Shown here piece after piece: positions 8,774-17,657 of a stretch of 64,000 bases of DNA (its first letter is position 1; each line of letters starts with the position of its first letter). The notes beneath the pieces were generated by a model, which worked only from the letters and a program-made list of their open reading frames with translations, made no database searches and was not told where the DNA came from. The DNA comes from Acidimicrobiales bacterium (GTDB taxonomy: Bacteria; Actinomycetota; Acidimicrobiia; Acidimicrobiales; SZUA-35). The position numbers and the translations under genes are program-made. The stretch is taken from assembly GCA_047638695.1 (NCBI GenBank), contig JBLINY010000005.1, positions 28,075-92,074 on the forward strand, read 5' to 3'.

Positions 8774-10999
8774 ATGCTGCGGCTGGCGATTGACACCGGG
8801 GGGACATTCACTGACTGCGTGCTGCAGGACGACGAGACCGGGGCCAGCTGGTTTTGGAAAACTCTGAGCACCCCAGCCGAACCGGAACAGGCGTTGCTCG
8901 ACGGGATTGACGGGCTGCAAACGCTCCGGGCTTTCGAATCGGCGGACCTTCGGTCCGTCTTGTTGGCGACGACGATCGCTACCAACGCCATTCTCGAGCG
9001 GAAGGGGGCCCGGACTGCTCTGGTGACAACGGCCGGCTTCCGCGATGTGCTGCTCATGGGCCGAGCCAAGCGATACGACACGTTTGACCTCCATCTCTCC
9101 AAGCCCGAGCCGCTCGTGCCTCGGAGGAGAGTGCTGGAAGTGGCGGAGCGAGTCGGCCCCGACGGCGAGGTCGTGGATGAGTTGACCTCTGCCGAGGTCG
9201 ATGCCCTGGTTGCACGGCTCGGGAACCTCGCCGCCGCCGACGACGACGGCGCCGAGCCGGATTCCGTCGCCGTCTGCCTTCTTCACTCGTATGTGAATCC
9301 GCTCCACGAGCAGATGATCGGTAGGGCAATCACCGCCTGGCGACCAGATTTGCCCGTGTCGCTGTCCTCGGAGGTTTCGCCGAAGTACCGCGAGTACGAA
9401 CGCATGAGCACCACTGTGGCCAACGCCTACGTGGCCCCCGGTGCCGGCCAGTTTCTCGATCGCCTCGAGGCCGCACTCGACGGACGCGGGTTCTCGGGTG
9501 ACCTCTACGTGATGCAGTCGAATGGTGGCCTGCTCTCGACGGCTTTGAGCCGCCAGTTTCCCGTAAACATGATCGAGTCCGGGCCTGCAGCCGGCGTGCT
9601 GCTGGCCGCCGATATCGGCCGTCGGGAAGGGATCGATCGGGTCCTGAGCTTCGACATGGGTGGCACCACGGCCAAGCTTGGTGCTGTTGAGGACGGTGAG
9701 CCGGCCATTGGAACGACCTTTGAGGTCGACGCGGTGAATCAGCGGCCGGGAAGTGGGCTTCCGTTGAACATCGCGGCGGTTGAACTGGTCGAGATCGGCG
9801 CCGGAGGTGGCAGTATCGCCAGCGTTGATCTTGGTCTGATCCGCGTCGGGCCGGAGAGCGCAGGGGCCGAACCCGGCCCGGTCTGCTACGGCCGAGGTGG
9901 GCAGCAGGTCACGATCTCCGATGCCAACTTGGTTCTCGGCTATCTCGACCCTGATCGTTTCGCTGGAGGTCGAATGAGCCTCGACGTCGACGCTGCTCGA
10001 GCCGCCGTCCAGTCCCAGATCGCCGAGCCTCTTGGCCTCACTGTGCTCGAGGCCGCGTGGGGTGTTCACACTGTTGCCAATGCCACCATGGAGCGGGCCA
10101 TGCGCTCGATGTCGATCGACCGAGGACGCGATCCTCGTGATTATGCTCTTGTCGCTTTTGGGGGCGCTGGCCCCATTCATGCCTGTCGTCTCGCTCGGGC
10201 ACTCGGGGTGCGCCGCGTGATCGTTCCCAACGGGGCCGGGGTGGGATCGGCCCTCGGCATGCTCGAGGCAGAGCCACAGGTGATGGTGTCGCTGACCAAC
10301 CCGATGCTGCTGACGCCCGAAGCCACGACTGATGCATCCGTCGCTGAGTGCTTTGAGCGGCTGGAACGCAACGCTTCGGAGGCTTCTGGCGCGTCGGAGA
10401 GCAGCGAGATGCGGCGCCATGCCTACCTTCGCTACGCCGGCCAGGGTTATGAGCTGAGAGTCGAGCTTCCCGAAGGCCCGATCGGATCGGGGTACACCGC
10501 AGCGGTCACCTCCCGTTTCCATCGGGTCTACGAGGACGAGTACGGCTATTCGGAACCGGAGTCGACGGTGGAGGCCATCGACTGGTCCCTCATGGTCACA
10601 CTGGCCGGGGCGACCGAGCGCCCGAAAGCGGTCGTTGATCTCGACGCGGGGATGCAACAACCGGCTCGAGGTTCCGCTTCCCAGGCCAGCGTTCCCGTTC
10701 CGGCGGCAGTACGCAAAGCCTCGTTCCCTGATGGCACCGGCAGTTCTGCATCTGTCGTCGACTGTCCGTTCTACGAACGGTCTGGGCTGGACGCTGGTTC
10801 GACCGTTGTAGGTCCGGCCGTGATCGCCGACCCTGAGGCGACCATCCTCATTCCTCCCGGCGATCAGGCCTGCCTCGACGAGGCCGGCCACATCACTATT
10901 GAAATCCAGGCGGTCGGGATCCAGCCCGTCGAGATCGAAGCCGTCGAGATCGAAGCCGTCGAGATCGAGAGTGCGGCCGAGCGAGGTGGTAGTACGTGA
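8774..10999 (+). CDS. Hydantoinase/oxoprolinase family, A (beta) subunit
   Basis: The N-terminal [16 protein letters not shown] is the canonical HyuA start. About 740 aa. The stop overlaps the start of the B subunit (GTGA). ATG 8774 is preferred over TTG 8771. Confidence 0.85.
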   Translation: MLRLAIDTGGTFTDCVLQDDETGASWFWKTLSTPAEPEQALLDGIDGLQTLRAFESADLRSVLLATTIATNAILERKGARTALVTTAGFRDVLLMGRAKRYDTFDLHLSKPEPLVPRRRVLEVAERVGPDGEVVDELTSAEVDALVARLGNLAAADDDGAEPDSVAVCLLHSYVNPLHEQMIGRAITAWRPDLPVSLSSEVSPKYREYERMSTTVANAYVAPGAGQFLDRLEAALDGRGFSGDLYVMQSNGGLLSTALSRQFPVNMIESGPAAGVLLAADIGRREGIDRVLSFDMGGTTAKLGAVEDGEPAIGTTFEVDAVNQRPGSGLPLNIAAVELVEIGAGGGSIASVDLGLIRVGPESAGAEPGPVCYGRGGQQVTISDANLVLGYLDPDRFAGGRMSLDVDAARAAVQSQIAEPLGLTVLEAAWGVHTVANATMERAMRSMSIDRGRDPRDYALVAFGGAGPIHACRLARALGVRRVIVPNGAGVGSALGMLEAEPQVMVSLTNPMLLTPEATTDASVAECFERLERNASEASGASESSEMRRHAYLRYAGQGYELRVELPEGPIGSGYTAAVTSRFHRVYEDEYGYSEPESTVEAIDWSLMVTLAGATERPKAVVDLDAGMQQPARGSASQASVPVPAAVRKASFPDGTGSSASVVDCPFYERSGLDAGSTVVGPAVIADPEATILIPPGDQACLDEAGHITIEIQAVGIQPVEIEAVEIEAVEIESAAERGGST
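10925..10969 (+). repeat. In-frame 15-nt tandem repeat x3 (VEIEA)n in the 3' tail of the hydantoinase A gene
   Basis: cccgtcgagatcgaa / gccgtcgagatcgaa / gccgtcgagatcgag. The protein tail reads [18 protein letters not shown]. Confidence 0.95.
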
Positions 11000-12648
11000 G
11001 TGCGGAGATCGATCCCATTACCCTCAGCGTCCTTTGGAATTCGCTCATTGCGGTGGCGGAGGACATGGGGCGAACCCTCCGACGCACTGCTTACTCCGCC
11101 GCCGTGCGTGAGGGTGACGATTTTTCAACCGGTCTGTTCGATGCTCAGGGCCGGCTCATCGCCCAGGGCAACTTTTCGCCCGGTCACTTGGGTGCCATGC
11201 CGTACGTGGTTCAGCATGTGCTCGATCATTTCCCGGTCGAATCGTTGGGACCGGGCGACGCCATCCTGTTGAATGATTCGCGACTCGGTTCTGGTCACTA
11301 CCCCGATTGCTTCCTGACTTCGCCTCTGTTTGCCAACGGCGAGCTCATCGGGTTTGCCGTGAACTGTGCTCACCACGTCGACATGGGTGGAGCTGTGGCT
11401 GGTTCGCAGATCGTTGACGTGAGTGAGTCATTTCAAGAGGGCCTGCGCATACTCCCGGTGCAGATTGCTGATGGAGAAGGGCTTCGAGAGGATGTGCTTC
11501 GCCTGATCTTGGGCAACGTCCGGCTACCGGAGGTGGTCCGGGGCGACCTGATGGCTCAGCGCAACACCAACACGGTGGCGGCGAGACGCTTGGCCGCACT
11601 CTTCGAAAAGTACGGCCGGACGACGATAGAAGCCGGGGTGGAGGCAATCCTCGAGCGCTCCGAGGCCCGGATGCGGGAGCTGATCTCCGACTTGCCTGAC
11701 GGCTGTTACAAGTACGAGGATGCGCTTGACGAGGGTCCGAACGGCGAACCGATCCGATTCCGAGTCGCGGTCACTATCGCTGGTGACGAGATCGAACTCG
11801 ACTGGTCTGAGTCCGACGATCAGGTGGCGGCCGGAATCAACTCCTACATCAACTACACCCGGGCTTACTCAACATTCGCCGTCAAAGTCTTCACCGACCC
11901 TCATCTGCCGCACAACCACGGCGCCAATCGCCCGATCAAGGTCGTGGCTCGCGAGGGTTCGTTCTTCAATCCGACCTTTCCCGCACCCAGCAGTGGCCGG
12001 GCGGCAATTCAGATCAGGCTCTTCGAGGTTGTCCGGGGGGCCCTAGCTGATCTGGTGCCGGACCGAGCCATGGCATCGTTCTCACATTGGAGCAACCCAG
12101 TCATCGGCGGGCAGGATGCTGCCGGTCAACAGTTCATCTTTTACGACCTCATCTATGGCGGGTACGGCGGGCAAGCATCGAAGGACGGCGAGGAAGCGCT
12201 CACGCCCGTGTTCAACGCCGCCAACATTCCCGTCGAGGTGCACGAGCACCAGAGCCCCATCCGAGTTTTGCGGATGGGACTCATCGCCGACTCCGGTGGC
12301 GCCGGACGTCAACGAGGTGGCTGCGGCCTGCGGAAAGATGTCGAGTTACTTGCTCCAACCGGTCGTGTGTCGTTGTCGGGAGACCGTCATCGGTTTGCGC
12401 CACCCGGGGCCAAGGGCGGTCGGCCAGGCCAGGTTGGGCGCACGATTCTCAACCCCGATGGGGAGGCTCGAGTGCTGGGTTCGAAGGCGATGGTCGAGAT
12501 GTCTGAGGGAGACGTCCTCAGCATTCAGCTTTCGGGAGCCGGTGGCTTTGGACCGCCCGGGGAACGCGACCCAGCAGCGGTACGGAGCGACGTTGCTGAC
12601 GGCTACATCTCGGCCGAAGCGGCCGAACGCGATTACGAAGTCCCATGA
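10996..12648 (+). CDS. Hydantoinase B/oxoprolinase family subunit
   Basis: EIDPITLSVLWNSLIAVAEDMGRTLRRTAYSAAVREGDDFSTGLFDAQGRLIAQG is a typical HyuB N-terminus. 550 aa. Translationally coupled to the A subunit. Confidence 0.85.
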   Translation: MSAEIDPITLSVLWNSLIAVAEDMGRTLRRTAYSAAVREGDDFSTGLFDAQGRLIAQGNFSPGHLGAMPYVVQHVLDHFPVESLGPGDAILLNDSRLGSGHYPDCFLTSPLFANGELIGFAVNCAHHVDMGGAVAGSQIVDVSESFQEGLRILPVQIADGEGLREDVLRLILGNVRLPEVVRGDLMAQRNTNTVAARRLAALFEKYGRTTIEAGVEAILERSEARMRELISDLPDGCYKYEDALDEGPNGEPIRFRVAVTIAGDEIELDWSESDDQVAAGINSYINYTRAYSTFAVKVFTDPHLPHNHGANRPIKVVAREGSFFNPTFPAPSSGRAAIQIRLFEVVRGALADLVPDRAMASFSHWSNPVIGGQDAAGQQFIFYDLIYGGYGGQASKDGEEALTPVFNAANIPVEVHEHQSPIRVLRMGLIADSGGAGRQRGGCGLRKDVELLAPTGRVSLSGDRHRFAPPGAKGGRPGQVGRTILNPDGEARVLGSKAMVEMSEGDVLSIQLSGAGGFGPPGERDPAAVRSDVADGYISAEAAERDYEVP

Positions 12649-12750
12649 AAGCAAACAGCAGGAGCAGATCGATCTAGTCGCTGACGCAAGACCTTGCGAC
12701 AGCCGGCCGAGTTCGGACCCTTCGGAGACCCGCTCGGTTAGGTTGCAGAT

Positions 12751-13758
12751 ATGAGTGCGATCATCGAGATGGAGGGCCTGCGCAAGATCTACTCCCGTCG
12801 CGGAGGCGAAGATGTTGTCGCTGTCGAGGGGCTTAATCTCAGCCTGGGAGTGCCGGGCACGGTGCATGGATTCTTGGGACCCAACGGGTCGGGAAAGACC
12901 ACCACCATTCGTTGCACCTTGGCACTGATTAGTCCGTCGGGCGGCGAGGTCCGTGTTTTCGGACTCGATGCTCGGACTGGTCTGCACAAGGTGATTAACC
13001 GCATCGGTGCCATCGTCGAAAACCCAAAGATGTTCCCGAACTTCTCGGGCCGAAGGAACCTGGCGCTCTTGGCCGATCTGGCGGGACTGCCCAAGTCCGA
13101 GGTGGATCGGGTGCTCGAGGTGGTTGGTCTCAGTGACCGCGACGGCGACACTTTTGCCTCGTACTCGTTGGGCATGAAACAGCGGCTGGCTATCGGGGCC
13201 GCGCTGCTCAAGAACCCCGATCTGTTGATTTTGGACGAACCAGCAAACGGCCTCGACCCCGCGGGTATCGCCGAGATGCGTGTACTCATCCGCCAAATTG
13301 CCGAAAGCGGCAAGGCGGTCATCGTGTCGAGCCATCAACTGGCCGAGATCGAGCAAGTCTGCGACGACGTGACGATCATCAACCACGGTCGCTTGGTAGA
13401 GACCGGAACGCTCGACTACATACGCAGCTTTGCCGGCGCTGACAAAGTGGTGGTGACTATCGACGAGCGCGACGAGGCCCTAGCGGCCCTGAACGCCGGT
13501 GGCATTCCGGCCCGGCCCCGGCCTGACGCCAGCGAAATTGTGGTCGACATATCGCCCGATCGCACGGCTGAGGTCACCAAGACTCTGGCCGACCAGGGCC
13601 GCTACCTGCGCGGTCTTCGGTCCGAGTCGGCCACGCTGGAACAGGCGTTTCTCAACCTCACCAACGAGTCGGCTCCTCCACCTTCGGGTCCACCCATTGG
13701 TGCCGCCCCACCCCCAGGCCCACCGACGGCCGTAGCTGCGACGGAGGTGAACCAGTGA
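12751..13758 (+). CDS. ABC transporter ATP-binding protein (ABC-2 exporter type) with a Pro-rich tail
   Basis: Walker A GPNGSGKTT, signature YSLGMKQR, Walker B LLILDEP. The stop overlaps the permease start. Confidence 0.85.
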   Translation: MSAIIEMEGLRKIYSRRGGEDVVAVEGLNLSLGVPGTVHGFLGPNGSGKTTTIRCTLALISPSGGEVRVFGLDARTGLHKVINRIGAIVENPKMFPNFSGRRNLALLADLAGLPKSEVDRVLEVVGLSDRDGDTFASYSLGMKQRLAIGAALLKNPDLLILDEPANGLDPAGIAEMRVLIRQIAESGKAVIVSSHQLAEIEQVCDDVTIINHGRLVETGTLDYIRSFAGADKVVVTIDERDEALAALNAGGIPARPRPDASEIVVDISPDRTAEVTKTLADQGRYLRGLRSESATLEQAFLNLTNESAPPPSGPPIGAAPPPGPPTAVAATEVNQ

Positions 13759-14573
13759 GCCGCCTGCTGACAGCCGAATGGAAGCGACTGTGGGCCCGCC
13801 GCATGACGCGTTTCTTCCCTGCAGCGATCGTGGTGCTGCTGATCGGCGGCATCGTGATCGCCTACTTCGTCATCGAGAACGACGAACAAAACGTGCCTAA
13901 CTTTGTCGCCGACATCGCAGGTGGAATCGAAGCGCCCGACGTCTTGGGTCCCTTGTCTGCGCTGCTACCGATCATGGCCTACGTCATCGGAGCGTCCTCC
14001 ATCGGCGCTGATTCCAAGACGGGCATGTTGGAACAGTTGCTGACTTGGGAACCGCGACGACTCCGCCTACTTGCAGCTCGGGTGATCGCAGGCGGCCTGG
14101 GCGTGGCGGTGATAGCCGCAGTCTTGGCAGCTCTGATGGTGGCGCTGCTCTACGGGCTGGCGGCAACCGCAGGCACCACCAACGGCACTAGCGGAGAGTT
14201 CTGGACGAATACGGCAATGGCGGTGCTGCGCACCGGCGTTGCGTCCGGGTTGTTTGCCATATTCGGGATCGCCATAACCCTGTTGGTCGATAGCTCGGTG
14301 GGTTCGATTGTCGGCTTCCTGATCTATTCGTTCATTATCGAGAACGTGATCGGAGCCTTCTTGCCCAAAGTTGCGGTCTACACGCTTATTACCAATGCCG
14401 ATGCCTTCGGAGGCGGCAGGCCGGTGCAGCGAGTCGATGGCAGTGTCTTCAGCGACAACTTCGACTTGATTGATGCGCACAGCTATCTCACGGCTGGGCT
14501 GATACTGCTTGTCGCCGTCGCGGTCGGCGTGATGGTTGCCGGCGGCGTCTTCCGCGTGCGAGACATCGACTGA
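13755..14573 (+). CDS. ABC-2 type transporter permease
   Basis: 272 aa with multiple hydrophobic spans. GTGA overlap with the ATPase gene. Confidence 0.6.
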   Translation: MSRLLTAEWKRLWARRMTRFFPAAIVVLLIGGIVIAYFVIENDEQNVPNFVADIAGGIEAPDVLGPLSALLPIMAYVIGASSIGADSKTGMLEQLLTWEPRRLRLLAARVIAGGLGVAVIAAVLAALMVALLYGLAATAGTTNGTSGEFWTNTAMAVLRTGVASGLFAIFGIAITLLVDSSVGSIVGFLIYSFIIENVIGAFLPKVAVYTLITNADAFGGGRPVQRVDGSVFSDNFDLIDAHSYLTAGLILLVAVAVGVMVAGGVFRVRDID

Positions 14574-14599
14574 GCCCGCCTGTCCCATACGATCGGGAC

Positions 14600-15070
14600 A
14601 TGACCCCTTCTCTTCATGTCGACATTGCGCACCTCGATTGGATCGTTGGTTCGTGGGCGGGTGGGGGATCGGGTCGGTATCCCACCATCGAGTCATTCGA
14701 CTATGTGGAGCAGGTCGAGTTCGGCCACGTGGGCAAGCCGTTTCTTTCGTACGTGCAGCGCACGAAACATGCCGAGACCGGTCTGCCCCTGCATGCTGAA
14801 GCGGGCTATATCCGGCCCGTGGGGAGAGACCGGGCCGAACTGGTCGTCTCCCAGCCCAGCGGCATCAGCGAGGTTCACGAGGGCGTCATAGACGGGCAGA
14901 CGATCAGCTTCCGTTCGGTCTCGGTCGTCACCACAGCAACGGCGAAGGACGTAACCGAGGTCCACCGCACGATCACCGTCGACGGTGACACGTTGAGCTA
15001 CACGGTCGCTATGGGGGCGGTGGGCCTCGAACGGCAACACCACCTGGCAGCGACGCTGCAGCGAGGCTGA
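14600..15070 (+). CDS. Nitrobindin / FABP-like (UPF0678) heme-binding beta-barrel protein
   Basis: LDWIVGSWAGGGSGRYPTIESFDYVEQVEFGHVGKPFLSYVQRT...LHAEAGY...SQPSGISEV...TAKDVTEVHRTITVDGDTLSY parallels the recalled Rv2717c-type sequence. Confidence 0.7.
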   Translation: MTPSLHVDIAHLDWIVGSWAGGGSGRYPTIESFDYVEQVEFGHVGKPFLSYVQRTKHAETGLPLHAEAGYIRPVGRDRAELVVSQPSGISEVHEGVIDGQTISFRSVSVVTTATAKDVTEVHRTITVDGDTLSYTVAMGAVGLERQHHLAATLQRG

Positions 15071-15130
15071 CCTGAAGGTTGGGACCTCGCTCGAGATCGA
15101 GAGCCCGCAGAACGCGGCGCCTAGTCTTCG

Positions 15131-15679
15131 ATGGTGAACGAAGGCGAGCGTCCCGCGCTGCGACGATTGATCGTGGCAGCGGCAGTCGTCATGTTCGGCG
15201 TATGGGCCGGATTCTTGGCGCTGGCCGAACCGAAGTTGCCCGACTTCGAGGCGTCGGGTGAACCCCAAGAGCTGCCTACCGAAGGCTCGTTTCCATCCAT
15301 CTCCACCATTGAGTTTGGGCAGATCCTGGTTGGCGCGCGGGGGCAGCCAGTCGTCGTGAACGTCTGGGCATCGTGGTGCGCGCCCTGTCGTACGGAGATG
15401 CCGCTCTTGCAGGATGCGGCGATCGCCTTCGCTGGGGAGGCAGTCATTTTCGGTGTCGCTTCGAACGACGACCCGGGCGAGTCCATGAGGTTCCTCGAAG
15501 AGCTCGGCGCTACCTATCCGAACGTGTTCGATGCCACCGGCGAGATCCGGGTTGCATTGGGACTCACCGCCTATCCAACGACCTACGTATTCGGTGCCGA
15601 TGGAACCCTTCGAGCGCGCGTGAACGGTGGGATCTCCGAACAGCGCCTGGCAGGGCTCATCGAGGATGCGCTCGAATGA
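15131..15679 (+). CDS. TlpA/ResA-like membrane-anchored thiol-disulfide oxidoreductase
   Basis: N-terminal TM segment. Thioredoxin motif VVVNVWASWCAPCRTEMP (CxxC). Confidence 0.8.
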   Translation: MVNEGERPALRRLIVAAAVVMFGVWAGFLALAEPKLPDFEASGEPQELPTEGSFPSISTIEFGQILVGARGQPVVVNVWASWCAPCRTEMPLLQDAAIAFAGEAVIFGVASNDDPGESMRFLEELGATYPNVFDATGEIRVALGLTAYPTTYVFGADGTLRARVNGGISEQRLAGLIEDALE

Positions 15680-16377
15680 TCGATTACGGCCTGCTGGTCA
15701 GCATGATCATCGGATTCGGCATTCCATCGCTTCTTGGATCGTGGTGGCCGGTGTCGGGCAGGGACGGACCAGTCGGGTTTTTCGATGTCGCCGTGATGCC
15801 GGCGTTCGCCGGTGTCGCCGTCGGGCGGCTCGCGACGCTTGCCTTGGACGACCCGAGCTCGATCGGGAGCATCTCGGACCTACTGATTATCCGCAGCGGG
15901 GTCGAGTTCTGGCCGGGCGTCGCAGCAGGAATCGTCGCAGTACTAGTCGGCGCGCACCGAGGTCTGGTCGAGCCGCACAAGCGGCTGGCGGAGCTGACCC
16001 CCCTAGCGATGATCGGCTACGCCGGCTTCGAAGCGGCCTGCATATTTCGCGATGGTTGTTTCGGACCTGAGAGCGCCATCGGTCTTCGTCCGCCTGGTGT
16101 GGCCACGACAATGCTGCCGGTGGGCTGGCTCATGGCCGCCGCCATCGGTGTCGCCACCCTTGGCGTGAACGCACTCGTGCGTGGCGACCGCCCACCGTTG
16201 GTTGCCGCCGTCGCCTCTGTCATGGCCGTTGCGTCGGTTCGCAGTGTCGGTTCTATTTGGCTACCTCATGTGGGCGACGGGCTAACCCGGCAACATCTCA
16301 GTTCCATCGCAGTCGCTCTGGCGTCGCTTGCCGTTGCCTGCATCGTGTTAGCCAGGCGGCGGATGGCCGGTCCCTGA
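15676..16377 (+). CDS. Polytopic membrane protein, distant Lgt-like (uncertain)
   Basis: The start ATG 15676 overlaps the TlpA stop (ATGA). It is hydrophobic throughout. The segments LLIIRSGVEFWPGVAAGIV and FRDGCFGPES weakly recall Lgt motifs. The 15373-15675 part of the track ORF lies inside the tlpA gene and was discarded. Confidence 0.45.
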   Translation: MIDYGLLVSMIIGFGIPSLLGSWWPVSGRDGPVGFFDVAVMPAFAGVAVGRLATLALDDPSSIGSISDLLIIRSGVEFWPGVAAGIVAVLVGAHRGLVEPHKRLAELTPLAMIGYAGFEAACIFRDGCFGPESAIGLRPPGVATTMLPVGWLMAAAIGVATLGVNALVRGDRPPLVAAVASVMAVASVRSVGSIWLPHVGDGLTRQHLSSIAVALASLAVACIVLARRRMAGP

Positions 16378-16412
16378 TCTCACCCGGGTGAATGACGGTG
16401 GGGGTGACGCTG

Positions 16413-16994
16413 TCAATCGGTGCTGAACGGCGGGTACTCGTCGGTGAGCAGAAGGGCGTAGGCGCTGAAGCGGTTCGAGACCCGAAATGACTTGATGACC
16501 CATCGCCGAAGGCCAACCGGCCACGTTCCGGTGAAGAGCACGGCGAAGAACGAGAGCAAATAGGCCAGGATCCCAACGATGCCGATGGCGACGGCGAAGA
16601 GGAGAGCCGGAATCATCCAGAGGACTCGAAGCCCGACGGTGAGTCGGTCGCGGTCCTCGAGCACAGGAGCATATGAAGCGCTCGTGGGTGTGTTGTCCGG
16701 GTCGACGGCTGCGGTGGTGAACTCGAACGACGGGTACGCCTCATGGAGAAATCCCGCGTAGGCCTCGACCCGTAGGCCGTAACGCAGGATCATGACCTGG
16801 AGGTCGGCGAGGCCCGATGGGAGGCTGCCGGTGAACAGGATCGCGAACCATGAGATCACCGCGACCACCCCTGCGAGCGACTCGAGGGCGTTGAGCAGAA
16901 TAAGGTGTGGGATCGCCAGGAACCACTGGACTAGGGGTCGCCAGTTGGCGATCCTTTCCGGTGTCTCGGCGTCGAAGGTCGCTTGATAGGTCAT
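16413..16994 (-). CDS. DUF4389-like membrane protein
   Basis: Two copies of the pattern W-x-x-L-x-x-W-F-L-A-I-P-H...I-S-W-F-A-I-L-F-T-G-x-x-P-x-G-L. The second copy reads FFAVLFTGTWPVGL. Confidence 0.6.
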   Translation of the reverse strand: MTYQATFDAETPERIANWRPLVQWFLAIPHLILLNALESLAGVVAVISWFAILFTGSLPSGLADLQVMILRYGLRVEAYAGFLHEAYPSFEFTTAAVDPDNTPTSASYAPVLEDRDRLTVGLRVLWMIPALLFAVAIGIVGILAYLLSFFAVLFTGTWPVGLRRWVIKSFRVSNRFSAYALLLTDEYPPFSTD

Positions 16995-17069
16995 CGAGAT
17001 AGTTCGCGTTTCTTGTCCATAATTCCCCTTGTTGTTGCGGCGAACCGATCGCCGATCTCTGGCCGCCGA

Positions 17070-17516
17070 TCAACCCCCGCCGAGGTCGACGCTGTAGCTC
17101 TCGTAGACCAGGTCGGCTCCAGCCTGACGGTGCCGAGCCACGGCCATCAGAGTCTCCAGTACGTGCGTGCGGACGTGATCGGAGTTGCCTTGCTCTTTTG
17201 CCACAGCAATCGTGGCCGCGACTTGTCGCTGCAGCACAGGATGTTCGTCCCGAACCTGCACAACTGTTCGGGCCAACCGTGGTGAGGCATTTTCGACCTC
17301 GACCAATAAGCCGTGGTCGGCTTCAACCTCTTCAACGTGCTGATCGAGGGCAATTCGTAAGCCCTCGAGGGCTTGGAGCAACTCTGCCTGCCAACCGGGC
17401 TCCTTGATTGGTCCCGCTGCGGCCACTTCGACTTGGGAAACAGCTGACTTCAGCTCTACCCGTAGGGCTTTCGCCGCTCGCAACGCTGATGAGGTCTCTT
17501 GTTCGGTTTCTGTCAT
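17070..17516 (-). CDS. Hypothetical helical protein
   Basis: 148-aa ORF with typical codon use. All-helical character and a C-terminal ADLVYESYSVDLGGG. No family assigned with confidence. Confidence 0.45.
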   Translation of the reverse strand: MTETEQETSSALRAAKALRVELKSAVSQVEVAAAGPIKEPGWQAELLQALEGLRIALDQHVEEVEADHGLLVEVENASPRLARTVVQVRDEHPVLQRQVAATIAVAKEQGNSDHVRTHVLETLMAVARHRQAGADLVYESYSVDLGGG

Positions 17517-17617
17517 CGATCCTCCGATCTCGCGTCAGCGTGGTCGGTGGGCAAAGGAAGCGGTAGGGACCAAGGTCACCAGTGTCCTTTCACCTGACTG
17601 TTGGTCGTGCTTCCCGA

Positions 17618-17657
17618 CCTCACCTCACCTCACCTCACCTCACCTCACCTCAGCTCA
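17618..17657. repeat. (CCTCA)7 pentanucleotide microsatellite plus one imperfect unit
   Basis: Seven perfect units at 17618-17652, then gctca. It abuts the stop codon (17655-17657) of the fused CoA-transferase pseudogene and lies about 100 nt upstream of the 17070..17516 gene. Confidence 0.97.

Noticed and set aside
8759-10891. A 710-aa ORF on the minus strand.
   Set aside because: It is entirely antisense to the well-supported hydantoinase A gene. The sequence is Arg/Gly/Pro-rich and low in complexity, with no recognisable motif. It is a typical GC-rich shadow ORF.
12346-13386. A 346-aa minus-strand ORF.
   Set aside because: It is antisense to the 3' end of hyuB and to the ABC ATPase gene, which has clear Walker motifs. 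It has no motifs of its own.
15373-15675. Longer N-terminus of the membrane protein ORF 15373..16377.
   Set aside because: This segment lies within the well-supported tlpA-like gene in another frame. ATG 15676 gives an ATGA-coupled start directly at the first TM helix.
17070-17516. Candidate RsiG-like c-di-GMP-dependent anti-sigma (a small helical actinobacterial protein).
   Set aside because: I found no E-x3-S-x2-R-x3-Q-x3-D motif. The nearest stretch, ENASPRLARTVVQVRD, has the wrong spacing. The gene is also 24 kb from fliA.
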